In this document: positions 1 to 9,607 of the stretch, piece after piece
Layout: each line of letters opens with the position of its first letter
Position numbering within the stretch: position 1 is the stretch's first letter
Source: Fluviibacter sp.
GTDB taxonomy: Bacteria > Pseudomonadota > Gammaproteobacteria > Burkholderiales > Rhodocyclaceae
DNA length: 64,000 bases
Reading direction: 5' to 3'
NCBI GenBank assembly: GCA_048859965.1
Contig: JBLIZO010000015.1
Coordinates: 3,127 to 67,126 of the forward strand
Notes under the pieces: generated by a model
The model's input: the letters and a program-made list of their open reading frames with translations, nothing else
What the model was told of the DNA's origin: nothing
The model's database searches: none
Position numbers and translations under genes: made by a program

Positions 1-555
1 TCTGACAAGTGGATTCGCCGTATGGCCGAACAGCACGGCATGATTGAGCCGTTCTCGCCGGATCTCGTGCGTGAAGTGAATGGCCAGAAGATCGTGTCCT
101 ACGGTACGTCGAGCTATGGTTACGACATCCGTTGCGCCCGCGAGTTCAAGGTGTTCACCAATATCAACAGCACGGTCGTTGATCCGAAGGCCTTCGATCC
201 GAAGTCCTTTGTCGAAATCGAGTCGGACGTCTGTATCATCCCGCCGAATTCGTTTGCACTGGCTCGCACGGTTGAATATTTCCGTATTCCGCGCAGCGTG
301 CTGACGGTGTGTCTCGGTAAGAGCACGTACGCCCGTTGCGGCATTATCGTCAACGTGACCCCGTTCGAACCGGAGTGGGAAGGTTATGTGACGCTGGAGT
401 TCTCGAACACGACACCGCTGCCCGCTAAAATTTATGCGGGCGAAGGTTGTGCCCAGGTACTGTTTTTTGAATCCGATGAAGTGTGTGAAACCTCATACAA
501 GGACCGTGGCGGTAAGTACCAGGGTCAGGTCGGTGTCACACTCCCGAAAATTTGA
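1..555 (+). CDS. dcd: dCTP deaminase (5' end before window start)
   Basis: Frame open from base 1 ([11 protein letters not shown]...); motifs [28 protein letters not shown]. Confidence 0.95.
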   Translation, partial: SDKWIRRMAEQHGMIEPFSPDLVREVNGQKIVSYGTSSYGYDIRCAREFKVFTNINSTVVDPKAFDPKSFVEIESDVCIIPPNSFALARTVEYFRIPRSVLTVCLGKSTYARCGIIVNVTPFEPEWEGYVTLEFSNTTPLPAKIYAGEGCAQVLFFESDEVCETSYKDRGGKYQGQVGVTLPKI

Positions 556-587
556 CGCCTTAGACTGCGTTTAACCGTTTCACGACT

Positions 588-614
588 CCGCGTGACCGGC
601 CTGCCGGCACGCGG
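588..614 (+). other. GC-rich stem-loop between dcd and the decarboxylase
   Basis: ccgcgtg-a-ccggc-ct-gccgg-cacgcgg inverted repeat; only a weak T-tract follows. Confidence 0.45.
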
Positions 615-640
615 AAGTTCTTTCTGGCTCAGGAGTTGCC

Positions 641-2878
641 ATGAAGTTTCACTTTCCGATCATCATTATTGACGAAGACTTCCGCTCCGAGAACGCCTCG
701 GGCCTGGGCATTCGCGCCTTGGCCGAAGCGATCGAGAAGGAAGGTATGGAAGTGTTGGGCGTCACCAGTTATGGCGACCTGACCTCGTTCGCGCAACAGC
801 AGAGCCGCGCCTCGGCATTTATCCTGTCGGTCGATGACGAGGAGCTGTTGAATCACGAAGCGCAGACGATCGCAGAACTGCGCGATTTCGTGGAAGAGAT
901 CCGCTACAAGAACGCTGACATCCCCATCTTTCTGCACGGCGAAACGCGCACTTCGCGCCATATTCCGAATGACATCCTGCGTGAGTTGCATGGCTTCATC
1001 CACATGTACGAAGACACGCCGGAGTTCATTGCGCGCAATGTGGTGCGCGAAGCGCGCGCCTATATGGATTCTTTGCCGCCGCCGTTTTTCCGTGCGCTGA
1101 CGCATTACGCTGCCGATGGTTCGTATTCATGGCACTGCCCGGGTCATTCGGGTGGCGTGGCATTTCTGAAGAGCCCCGTGGGCCAGATGTTCCACCAGTT
1201 CTTTGGCGAGAACATGCTGCGCGCCGATGTGTGTAATGCGGTAGAAGAACTCGGTCAGTTACTCGACCACACCGGCCCGGTCGCCGCGTCGGAGCGTAAC
1301 GCGGCGCGCATTTTCAATTGCGATCACCTGTACTTTGTGACTAACGGCACCTCGACCTCGAACAAGATCGTCTGGCATTCGACGGTGGCGCCGGGCGATA
1401 TCGTCGTGGTGGACCGTAACTGCCACAAGTCGGTGCTGCACTCGATCATCATGACGGGCGCCATCCCGGTATTTCTGATGCCGACGCGCAATAATTTCGG
1501 CATTATCGGCCCGATTCCGAAGAGCGAGTTCTCGTGGGAAAGCATTCAGAAGAAAATCGCCGCCAATCCGTTTATTGCCGACAAGAATGCCAAGCCACGC
1601 GTGCTGACGATTACGCAATCGACCTACGATGGCATTCTCTACAACGTCGAAGAAATCAAAGAGATGCTCGACGGCAAGATCGACACGCTGCACTTTGACG
1701 AAGCCTGGTTGCCGCATGCGGCGTTTCATGACTTCTATGGTGACTATCATGCGATTGGTGCCGATCGTCCGCGCTGTAAGGAGTCGATGGTTTTCTCGAC
1801 GCAATCGACGCACAAGCTGCTGGCCGGTCTGAGCCAGGCCTCGCAGATTCTGGTGCAGGATTCCGACGACCGTAAGCTGGATCGCGACGTGTTCAACGAA
1901 GCCTATCTGATGCACACCTCGACCTCGCCGCAGTACGCGATCATTGCCTCATGCGATGTGGCCGCAGCGATGATGGAAGAGCCCGGTGGTACGGCACTGG
2001 TGGAAGAATCGATTGCCGAGGCGCTGGATTTCCGCCGCGCCATGCGCAAGGTGGACGAAGAGTGGGGTGCCGATTGGTGGTTCAAGGTCTGGGGCCCGGA
2101 TGACTTGTCGGAAGAAGGCATTGAGGAGCGCGATAGCTGGATGCTCAATCCGGGGGATCGCTGGCATGGCTTCGGTCAGTTGGCCGATGGGTTCAATATG
2201 CTTGACCCGATCAAGGCGACCATCATTACCCCGGGGCTGGATGTGGACGGCGCCTTCTCGGAAGATATCGGTATTCCGGCGGCGATTGTGACCAAGTATC
2301 TGGCCGAGCACGGTGTCATTGTTGAGAAGTGCGGTCTGTATTCGTTCTTCATCATGTTCACCATCGGCATTACCAAGGGCCGCTGGAACACGATGGTGAC
2401 CGAATTGCAGCAGTTCAAGGATGACTATGACCGGAATCAGCCATTGTGGAAGGTGTTGCCGGAGTTCTGCCAGAAGCTGCCGCGCTATGAAAACGTGGGG
2501 TTGCGCGATCTCTGCCAGCAGATTCACGATGTGTACAAGAAGAACGATGTGGCGCGCCTGACTACCGAGATGTATCTGTCGGATATGGTACCGGCCATGC
2601 GCCCGGCGGATGCTTTTGCCAAGGTGGCGCACCGTGAAATTGAGCGTGTGCACATTGATGACCTGGAAGGTCGTATTACGGCCATGCTGGTGACGCCGTA
2701 TCCGCCGGGGATTCCGCTGCTGATTCCGGGTGAGCGCTTCAATAAGACGATCGTGAATTACCTGCAATTCGCTCGCGAGTTCAACGAGCGCTTCCCAGGG
2801 TTCGAGACCGATGTGCATGGTCTGGTCAAGGGTGAAAAAGACGGCAAGACGGCGTATTACGTCGATTGCGTGCGTTGA
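641..2878 (+). CDS. PLP-dependent lysine/arginine/ornithine decarboxylase with N-terminal wing domain
   Basis: 745 aa; WHCPGHSGG, VTNGTSTSNK, DRNCHKS, FDEAW, PLP lysine STHKLL, YPPGIP; RBS caggag. Substrate cannot be assigned. Confidence 0.93.
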   Translation: MKFHFPIIIIDEDFRSENASGLGIRALAEAIEKEGMEVLGVTSYGDLTSFAQQQSRASAFILSVDDEELLNHEAQTIAELRDFVEEIRYKNADIPIFLHGETRTSRHIPNDILRELHGFIHMYEDTPEFIARNVVREARAYMDSLPPPFFRALTHYAADGSYSWHCPGHSGGVAFLKSPVGQMFHQFFGENMLRADVCNAVEELGQLLDHTGPVAASERNAARIFNCDHLYFVTNGTSTSNKIVWHSTVAPGDIVVVDRNCHKSVLHSIIMTGAIPVFLMPTRNNFGIIGPIPKSEFSWESIQKKIAANPFIADKNAKPRVLTITQSTYDGILYNVEEIKEMLDGKIDTLHFDEAWLPHAAFHDFYGDYHAIGADRPRCKESMVFSTQSTHKLLAGLSQASQILVQDSDDRKLDRDVFNEAYLMHTSTSPQYAIIASCDVAAAMMEEPGGTALVEESIAEALDFRRAMRKVDEEWGADWWFKVWGPDDLSEEGIEERDSWMLNPGDRWHGFGQLADGFNMLDPIKATIITPGLDVDGAFSEDIGIPAAIVTKYLAEHGVIVEKCGLYSFFIMFTIGITKGRWNTMVTELQQFKDDYDRNQPLWKVLPEFCQKLPRYENVGLRDLCQQIHDVYKKNDVARLTTEMYLSDMVPAMRPADAFAKVAHREIERVHIDDLEGRITAMLVTPYPPGIPLLIPGERFNKTIVNYLQFAREFNERFPGFETDVHGLVKGEKDGKTAYYVDCVR

Positions 2879-2902
2879 TGTATTGGTGAAAGTGAGCTGA
2901 AC

Positions 2903-4213
2903 ATGGGGATGAACCCGGCAGGCGGTCGGCAGAAGCCCGGCCGGTTAACGCAATTTATTCTGGCCGCGCTGGTGCTGGGTGTCGTGTCTGGTGCCGCAGT
3001 GCATACGGCCGGAGCAGGCACGGATCTGCCGACACAATACGCCGAATACGCATCGTTATTGACCGATGTCTTTCTGCGCATGATCAAGATGGTGATCGCG
3101 CCACTGGTGTTCGCCACGCTGGCCGTCGGTATTGCCAGTATGGGCGATGGTAAATCGGTGGGGCGTGTCGGCGCCAAAACGCTGGGCTGGTTTCTGACGA
3201 TGTCGTTTCTGTCGCTGTTGCTGGGGTTGCTGATGGTGCACCTGCTGCAGCCTGGTGCCGGCATTACACTCACGCCGCCCACGACAGACCAGGTGCTTGC
3301 GCCGCCGCCCGGTAACCCGCTGGCTAACTTTTTGTCCCATGTGTTTCCCACCAGCATCATGGAGGCGATGGCCAAAAACGAGATTCTGCAGATTGTGGTG
3401 TTTGCCGTGTTTTTTGGGCTGGCCGGTGGGCATCTGGGCGCGCGGGCTGAAGAGTTCTTCAAGAATCTCGACATGCTCAGCCATGTCATGCTGCGTATGA
3501 CGAGTATGGTGATGAATTTTGCGCCGTTGGCGGTCTTCGGCGCCGTGTCCGCGGTGATTGCCAAGAGCGGTCTGGGCATTCTCGGCACCTATGCGCAGTT
3601 CATGCTGGCGTTCTATGCGTCGATACTGGTGCTGTGGGGCGTTATTATTCTGATGGGATCGCTGGTGCTGGGCAAGTCGGTGTTGCGCCTGGTCGCTTCG
3701 CTCCGTCAGCCGTTGATTCTGGCCTTTACCACGGCCAGCTCTGAAGCGGCCTATCCCAAGACGCTGGAGCAGGTGGAACGTTTTGGCGCCCCGAACCGGA
3801 TCGCTTCATTTGTATTGCCGCTGGGTTATTCGTTTAACCTGGACGGTTCGATGATGTACTGCACCTTCGCCACGTTGTTCATTGCGCAGGTCTATGGGAT
3901 CGAAATGAGCCTGGGGCAGCAGTTTCTGATGCTGCTCATGCTGATGGTGACCTCGAAAGGGATTGCCGGTGTGCCGCGCGCATCACTGGTGGTCATCGCG
4001 GCCACCCTGGCGCACTTCAATATTCCCGAAGCGGGCGTGCTGCTGATTCTGGGTGTGGATCACTTCCTCGATATGGCGCGGTCGGCGACCAATGTGCTGG
4101 GCAATGGGATCGCGACGGCGGTGGTGGCCAAATGGGAGGGCGTGCTCAAGCACTCAAATTCGCATCCCGCCGCGCATAGCGGACAAACGCATACGGCAGG
4201 CCGGCCGCACTGA
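2903..4213 (+). CDS. Dicarboxylate/amino acid:cation symporter (DAACS, GltP-like)
   Basis: FLRMIKM, AFTTASSEAAYP, GYSFNLDG, SKGIAGVP, DMARSATNV. Confidence 0.92.
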   Translation: MGMNPAGGRQKPGRLTQFILAALVLGVVSGAAVHTAGAGTDLPTQYAEYASLLTDVFLRMIKMVIAPLVFATLAVGIASMGDGKSVGRVGAKTLGWFLTMSFLSLLLGLLMVHLLQPGAGITLTPPTTDQVLAPPPGNPLANFLSHVFPTSIMEAMAKNEILQIVVFAVFFGLAGGHLGARAEEFFKNLDMLSHVMLRMTSMVMNFAPLAVFGAVSAVIAKSGLGILGTYAQFMLAFYASILVLWGVIILMGSLVLGKSVLRLVASLRQPLILAFTTASSEAAYPKTLEQVERFGAPNRIASFVLPLGYSFNLDGSMMYCTFATLFIAQVYGIEMSLGQQFLMLLMLMVTSKGIAGVPRASLVVIAATLAHFNIPEAGVLLILGVDHFLDMARSATNVLGNGIATAVVAKWEGVLKHSNSHPAAHSGQTHTAGRPH

Positions 4214-4673
4214 CGTGGGGTGAGCGCGCCGCCTCCGCCCAGACGGCAGCGTCCAGCGGCGGGAACACGGTGTCGCCTTCGGCATCCAGGCCGACTTCGG
4301 TGATGATGAGTGTCGCCGCCAATGGCAGCGCCTGACGATACAGTTCGGCGCCACCGATGACATAGGCGGTAGCGTTGCCGACGGCGGCCAGCGCTTCGGG
4401 TAATCCGGCAAAAACTTCGGCGCCCGCTGCGGTGTATCCGGTCTGGCGCGTAATGACCATGTTGCGCCGGTTGGGCAGCGCCCGACCCAGAGACTCCCAG
4501 GTTTTGCGGCCCATGATAATCGGGTGGCCGCTGGTCGTTTCCTTGAAATGCTTGAGGTCTTCGGGCAGATGCCAGGGCAGGGCGCCACGGCCGTCTTCCT
4601 TGGTTGTACCAATGATGCCGTTGCGGGCGACGGCGACGATGAGCGCCAGGTTCGGATGCATTGTGTCAGCCAT
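4146..4673 (-). CDS. folA: Dihydrofolate reductase
   Basis: LIVAVARNGIIG, LPWHLPEDLKHFK, IIMGRKTWESL, LPNRRN, IGGAELY; start ATG at 4673 (or 4661). Confidence 0.93.
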   Translation of the reverse strand: MADTMHPNLALIVAVARNGIIGTTKEDGRGALPWHLPEDLKHFKETTSGHPIIMGRKTWESLGRALPNRRNMVITRQTGYTAAGAEVFAGLPEALAAVGNATAYVIGGAELYRQALPLAATLIITEVGLDAEGDTVFPPLDAAVWAEAARSPHVSAAGLPYAFVRYARRDANLSA

Positions 4674-6312
4674 GCGTTGTTTGCGTCCAGTCAATGAGGC
4701 CGCGGGTGGAGACGTCCAGGCTGTCGTTCGGTGCATCGCCATGAAGCACGGGCAGGACGCGCGACGCCAGTTGCTTGCCGAGTTCGACACCCCACTGGTC
4801 AAAGGAGTTGATGCCCCAGATAACGCCCTGCACGAAGACCTTGTGTTCGTAGAGCGCGAGCAGCAAGCCGAGGTGATATGGATCCAGACGCGGCAGCAGC
4901 AGCGTGGTGGACGGCTGGTTTCCGGCAAATACCTTGTGCGGTAGCAGGGCGTCTCTCTGGGCGGCGGGCAAACCCGCAGCCTCCAGTTCACGACGTGCTT
5001 CGGCTTCGGTTTTGCCGAAAGCCAATGCGGCGCTCTGGGCAAAGCAGTTGGCCAGCAGCGGCGCCTGGTGGCCCGGCAGCGGGTAATCGCTCAAGGCGGT
5101 TGCGATAAAGTCGCAGGGCACCAGCCAGCCGCCCTGGTGCAGCAGTTGAAAGAAGGCGTGCTGGCCGTTTGCGCCAATCTCGCCCCAGACGATGGGGTTG
5201 GCCGGACAGGTCAGCGGTTGGCCGTCACGGTTGACGGTTTTGCCATTCGACTCCATCTCCAGTTGTTGCAGATAACCGGGCAGATGGCGTAAGGATTCGT
5301 TGTAGGGCACGATGGCCGAGGTATGGGCACCCAGAAAGTTGGTGTTCCAGATACCCAGCAGCGCGAGCAGCACGGGCAGGTTGTCGTGCAGCGGCATGTC
5401 GCGGAAATGGCGATCCATCGCCTGTGCACCGGCGAGCAGGCGTTCAAAACCGCTCATGCCGATGCTGATGGCGAGTGGTAGGCCGACGGCCGACCACAGT
5501 GAATAACGGCCGCCGATCCAGTCCCACATCGGTAACACCTGCGTCGGCGGAATGCCGAATTCGGCAGCGCGTTCCGGGTGGGCCGAGACGGCGATGAAGT
5601 GCTTTGCCAGTGCGGCTTCGTTGCCGGTGTGCGCCAGCATCCAGTTGCGTGCACTGGCTGCGTTGATCATCGTTTCCTGCGTGGTGAAGGTTTTGCTGGC
5701 GATGATGAACAGTGTGCTGCGAGGGTCGAGCGTTTCCAACAGGGGGGCAAGATGGGCGCCGTCCAGGTTGGAGACGTAGTGGACATGCAAGCCGGGGTGC
5801 GCAAAGGCCGACAGGGCGCGTGTCGCCATCTTGGGGCCGAGATCCGAACCGCCGATGCCGATGTTGACGACATGGCGGATCGTGTCACCGGTGTAGCCTT
5901 TCCATTGACCGCTGCGCAATTGTTCGACAATGGCCGCCATCTGTTGGCGTACCTGCCGCACCGCTGTCATGACATCCAGCGCGGCCGACGGGAACGGGGT
6001 GTTGTCCAGATGGCGCAAGGCCGGGTGTAAGACGGCACGCTCTTCGCTGACGTTGATTTTTTCGCCAGCGAACAGGCGTTCACGCCAACCGGCGACATCG
6101 GCCGCTTCGGCCAGCGCAATGAGATGATTCAGCGCGTCCTGATCCAGGCGCTGCTTTGAGAAATCCAGCAGCAGTCCATCGGGTCGGCGTGAAAAATGCG
6201 GAAAGCGATTCGCATCGTTGGCAAACAGGTCGCGCAGGTGTGTGTTTGCCAGCCGGTCACGTGCTGCTTGCAGACGCGACCAGGCGGCGGTTTGAGTGAT
6301 GTCGCGGTTCAT
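4666..6312 (-). CDS. pgi: Glucose-6-phosphate isomerase
   Basis: GIGGSDLGP, SKTFTTQET, GGRYSLWS, QQLEMESNGK, FDQWGVELGK; start ATG 6312 or TTG 6324. Confidence 0.95.
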   Translation of the reverse strand: MNRDITQTAAWSRLQAARDRLANTHLRDLFANDANRFPHFSRRPDGLLLDFSKQRLDQDALNHLIALAEAADVAGWRERLFAGEKINVSEERAVLHPALRHLDNTPFPSAALDVMTAVRQVRQQMAAIVEQLRSGQWKGYTGDTIRHVVNIGIGGSDLGPKMATRALSAFAHPGLHVHYVSNLDGAHLAPLLETLDPRSTLFIIASKTFTTQETMINAASARNWMLAHTGNEAALAKHFIAVSAHPERAAEFGIPPTQVLPMWDWIGGRYSLWSAVGLPLAISIGMSGFERLLAGAQAMDRHFRDMPLHDNLPVLLALLGIWNTNFLGAHTSAIVPYNESLRHLPGYLQQLEMESNGKTVNRDGQPLTCPANPIVWGEIGANGQHAFFQLLHQGGWLVPCDFIATALSDYPLPGHQAPLLANCFAQSAALAFGKTEAEARRELEAAGLPAAQRDALLPHKVFAGNQPSTTLLLPRLDPYHLGLLLALYEHKVFVQGVIWGINSFDQWGVELGKQLASRVLPVLHGDAPNDSLDVSTRGLIDWTQTTHG

Positions 6313-6320
6313 GATTGTCT

Positions 6321-7169
6321 TCAAACAGCCACCGCTGCCGCGATATGCGGATGCGGGTCGTAGCCCTGCAGCGTGAAGTCTTCAAAACGGAAGGCAAACA
6401 GGTCTTTGACATCCGGGTTGATGTGCATCACCGGAAGTGGGCGTGTGTCGCGACCGAGTTGCAGCCTGGCCTGTTCCAGGTGGTTGCTGTACAGGTGTGC
6501 ATCGCCCAGCGTGTGGATGAACTCACCGGGGCGATAGCCGCAGACCTGCGCGATCATCATCGTTAACAAGGCGTAGGACGCAATGTTGAACGGTACGCCC
6601 AGGAAGATGTCGGCGCTGCGCTGATAGAGCTGGCACGACAGGCGCGGGCGTTGATCGGCGTCGCCCGGCGCGGGCGGTGCGACGTAGAATTGGAAGAGGG
6701 CATGACAGGGTGGCAATGCCATGCGATCGACTTCGCCCGGATTCCAGGCGCAGACCAGGTGGCGGCGCGAGTCTGGATTGTTTTTGAGGCCCTCAACGAG
6801 TTGGCTGATCTGATCAATAGTGCGGATCGTTGGTGGTTCGCCGTCCTTGCCCGGTACGACCGTTTCCCAGCGGCGCCATTGTTTGCCGTATACCGGACCG
6901 AGCTCGCCGTGTTCGTCGGCCCAGTCGTCCCAGATCGAAACGCCGTGCTCCTTGAGATAGGCGATGTTGGTGCTGCCTTGCAGGAACCAGAGCAGTTCGT
7001 GAATGATCGAACGCAGATGCAGTTTTTTGGTGGTCAGCACCGGAAACCCCTGTTCCAGATCAAAGCGCATCTGCCAGCCGAATACCGAGCGCGTACCGGT
7101 GCCGGTGCGGTCGGTTTTTACATGGCCGTGATCGAGCACGTGCTGCATCAGGTTCAGGTAAGTCTGCAT
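6321..7169 (-). CDS. thyA: Thymidylate synthase
   Basis: [39 protein letters not shown]. Confidence 0.97.
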   Translation of the reverse strand: MQTYLNLMQHVLDHGHVKTDRTGTGTRSVFGWQMRFDLEQGFPVLTTKKLHLRSIIHELLWFLQGSTNIAYLKEHGVSIWDDWADEHGELGPVYGKQWRRWETVVPGKDGEPPTIRTIDQISQLVEGLKNNPDSRRHLVCAWNPGEVDRMALPPCHALFQFYVAPPAPGDADQRPRLSCQLYQRSADIFLGVPFNIASYALLTMMIAQVCGYRPGEFIHTLGDAHLYSNHLEQARLQLGRDTRPLPVMHINPDVKDLFAFRFEDFTLQGYDPHPHIAAAVAV

Positions 7170-7244
7170 GCGGAAACCCGTTTATTCTATTTTGCGGTGG
7201 TTGCAACTTTATAATGATCGCATACCTTAGCAGAGTTATTCGCC

Positions 7245-8903
7245 ATGACCGTTACTCGTCGCGCCGCACAATCCGCCTCCCGTAAAACCGCCTGGAGTCT
7301 GCCTGTTCACTGGTTGGCCGCCTCCCCTGAACTGAAACTGCTGGCGGCGGCGCCCGGTGACCGTGAGTTACAGGCCTGTAGCCATGCACTGGTCATCTTT
7401 GCGGCCGAATCGTTGGCCAATGGCAAGTTGCCCGCCGACTTGCCGGGGGTGACCCTGCTTCAGGAAACATTGGTCCGCCGCCGTAAAAAACCGGTAGCGC
7501 TGCTGCGCAAGCCGGCAGGGGGCGGCAAGCTGCCAGTGGCGGCGTTGGTGCCCGAGGCGACTATGCCTGGAGGTGGCCTTGTACGGTGGATGGCACTTGA
7601 TTTGGGCGATAGCGTTTTTTTGCGGCAACAGGCGCTGCGTGAGGCCTTTGCGCCTTTGCTGGCCGAGCAGCCTGCACGGGTCGATGTGGTGCTGCATGGT
7701 GATGCCGCCTTTATCAATGCGATTCTGGGCGATGCCGCCTATGTCGGTTGCGTTAACCGTGTGAGCCTGCCCAAAACCGTACGGGCCGATGCCGCCGACA
7801 AAAAAACGCGGCAGTCTAAGGCGACGCAGCTCGAGAGCGGCGTGTTGCGCTTCTGGGTTGGGCCGTCCGTCAAAGCGGCCGTCCGTTCGGCGTATGCTGC
7901 AACCTTGGATTGGGCGCGCAACAAAGCGGAAGCGAATCTGCTGACGCGCAGTTTGTGCGTGTTACCGCCGAACCAACTGACACCGGCGAGCTTTCGCGCC
8001 CAGATTCCGGCACTGCTCAAAGAGACGGGCATCAAGGCCGAGGTTTATGACATCCCGCGTTTGAAACAGCTCAAGGCGGGCGCTTTCCTCGCGGTTGCGC
8101 AGGGCAGCCCGGCGCAGGATGCCGCGATTGTGCATCTGAGTTATATACCCAAAACCAAAAGGGCGGCGCCATCGGTGAGCCTGGTCGGCAAAGGGATCTG
8201 TTTTGATACGGGCGGCCATAACCTCAAGCCGGCGCGTTATATGGCCGGGATGCATGAGGATATGGCGGGGGCTGCCACCGTGCTGTCGGTGATTCGTGCT
8301 GCGGCACGGCTGCAGTTGCCGGTGCGTCTGGATGCCTGGCTGGCGTTATCGCGCAACGATATCAGCCCGGCCGCGTATTGCCAGGGCGACATCATCACGG
8401 CCTTGAATGGCTTGACCATCGAGATTGTGCATACCGATGCCGAAGGACGCATGGTGCTGGCTGATACGCTGGCGCTGGCAGCAAAGACAAAGCCGGATCT
8501 GCTGCTGGATTTTGCAACGTTGACCGGCAGTATGACGACCGCGCTGGGCAATCGGATGAGTGGTCTCTTTGCCACGGAGGCTGCCTATGCGCTGCAACTG
8601 GCGATGGCCGGAGAAAGCAGCGGCGAGCGTGTGATGGCGTTTGCCATGCCGGACGATTACGACAGCGCGCTGGAGAGTCAGGTTGCCGATGTGAAGCAGT
8701 GCACGCTGGATGGCGAGGCGGATCACACCCTGGCGGCGCGCTTCCTGAACCTGTTTGTCGGTGAGACGCCCTGGTTGCATGTGGACCTTGCCGCCGCGAC
8801 TTGCAAGGGCGGTCTGGGGGCGGTCGGTACCGAGACCACCGGTTTTGGTGCGGCGCTGGCGTTGCAGTTCCTCCGCGACTTCACGCGGGTGCGGGCGACA
8901 TAG
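7245..8903 (+). CDS. M17 leucyl aminopeptidase family protein
   Basis: VGKGICFDTGGHNLK, EDMAGA, HTDAEGR, ATLTG, WLHVD. Confidence 0.88.
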   Translation: MTVTRRAAQSASRKTAWSLPVHWLAASPELKLLAAAPGDRELQACSHALVIFAAESLANGKLPADLPGVTLLQETLVRRRKKPVALLRKPAGGGKLPVAALVPEATMPGGGLVRWMALDLGDSVFLRQQALREAFAPLLAEQPARVDVVLHGDAAFINAILGDAAYVGCVNRVSLPKTVRADAADKKTRQSKATQLESGVLRFWVGPSVKAAVRSAYAATLDWARNKAEANLLTRSLCVLPPNQLTPASFRAQIPALLKETGIKAEVYDIPRLKQLKAGAFLAVAQGSPAQDAAIVHLSYIPKTKRAAPSVSLVGKGICFDTGGHNLKPARYMAGMHEDMAGAATVLSVIRAAARLQLPVRLDAWLALSRNDISPAAYCQGDIITALNGLTIEIVHTDAEGRMVLADTLALAAKTKPDLLLDFATLTGSMTTALGNRMSGLFATEAAYALQLAMAGESSGERVMAFAMPDDYDSALESQVADVKQCTLDGEADHTLAARFLNLFVGETPWLHVDLAAATCKGGLGAVGTETTGFGAALALQFLRDFTRVRAT

Positions 8904-8905
8904 GG

Positions 8906-9514
8906 CTACGCGGGGTCAGCCTCGTCATTGGCATCGCTATCGTCTGTCGTCGGCGCTGTCAGGCTTTTCAGGGATTGGAAGATCGCCCGATAGGCTTTGG
9001 GTGGCTTCTGTTCGGCCTGCTCCTTGAGTGCGTTGCGGCGTAGTGTACGCAGCGCGCTGACATCCAGATCCGGATAGTCGTTCTTGAGCGTCGTGATAAC
9101 GCCTTCGTCCTCCAGTAAACGGTCGCGCAACTTTTCCAGCGCGTGAAAGCGGGCGTTGGCCTTGTTCGAGATGCCGTCCAGTTCGTCGAGCATCTCCTGA
9201 ATCGGGTCGGTGTCCACGTCACGCATGAGTTTGCCGATGTACTGCATCTGTCGCCGGAGCGCGCCGTGCGACGTGATTTTCTTGGCGTCGAGCACCGCAT
9301 CCCGTAGCGATTCCGGAATCTGCAGTTTTTTCAGGCGATCATTGCCGACACCGACCAGTCGTTTGCCCAGTAGCTGTAACGCTTCGACCTCTTCCTTGGC
9401 TTTGGTTTTGCTGCGCCGACGGCTTTCTGTCATGGGCGGTGGTTCGGCGTTGACGACCTCCTGCCCCTGACGGGTGTGGAAGTGGCTGGGCGGTTTGCTG
9501 GGGTGAAATGGCAT
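8906..9514 (-). CDS. yjgA: Ribosome biogenesis factor YjgA/DarP (DUF615); true start may be downstream (e.g. 9433)
   Basis: SKTKAKEE..LQLLG, RRQMQYIGKLMR, LEKLRDRLL, KAYRAIFQ. Confidence 0.88.
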   Translation of the reverse strand: MPFHPSKPPSHFHTRQGQEVVNAEPPPMTESRRRSKTKAKEEVEALQLLGKRLVGVGNDRLKKLQIPESLRDAVLDAKKITSHGALRRQMQYIGKLMRDVDTDPIQEMLDELDGISNKANARFHALEKLRDRLLEDEGVITTLKNDYPDLDVSALRTLRRNALKEQAEQKPPKAYRAIFQSLKSLTAPTTDDSDANDEADPA

Positions 9515-9607
9515 GAGTAATCAGACTGTTTGTGCGATGGTGTGACGATTCCCGCTATCATACCAACCACTGACAACCCCGTTGCCCGCGATTCGTGTGC
9601 AACGCGC

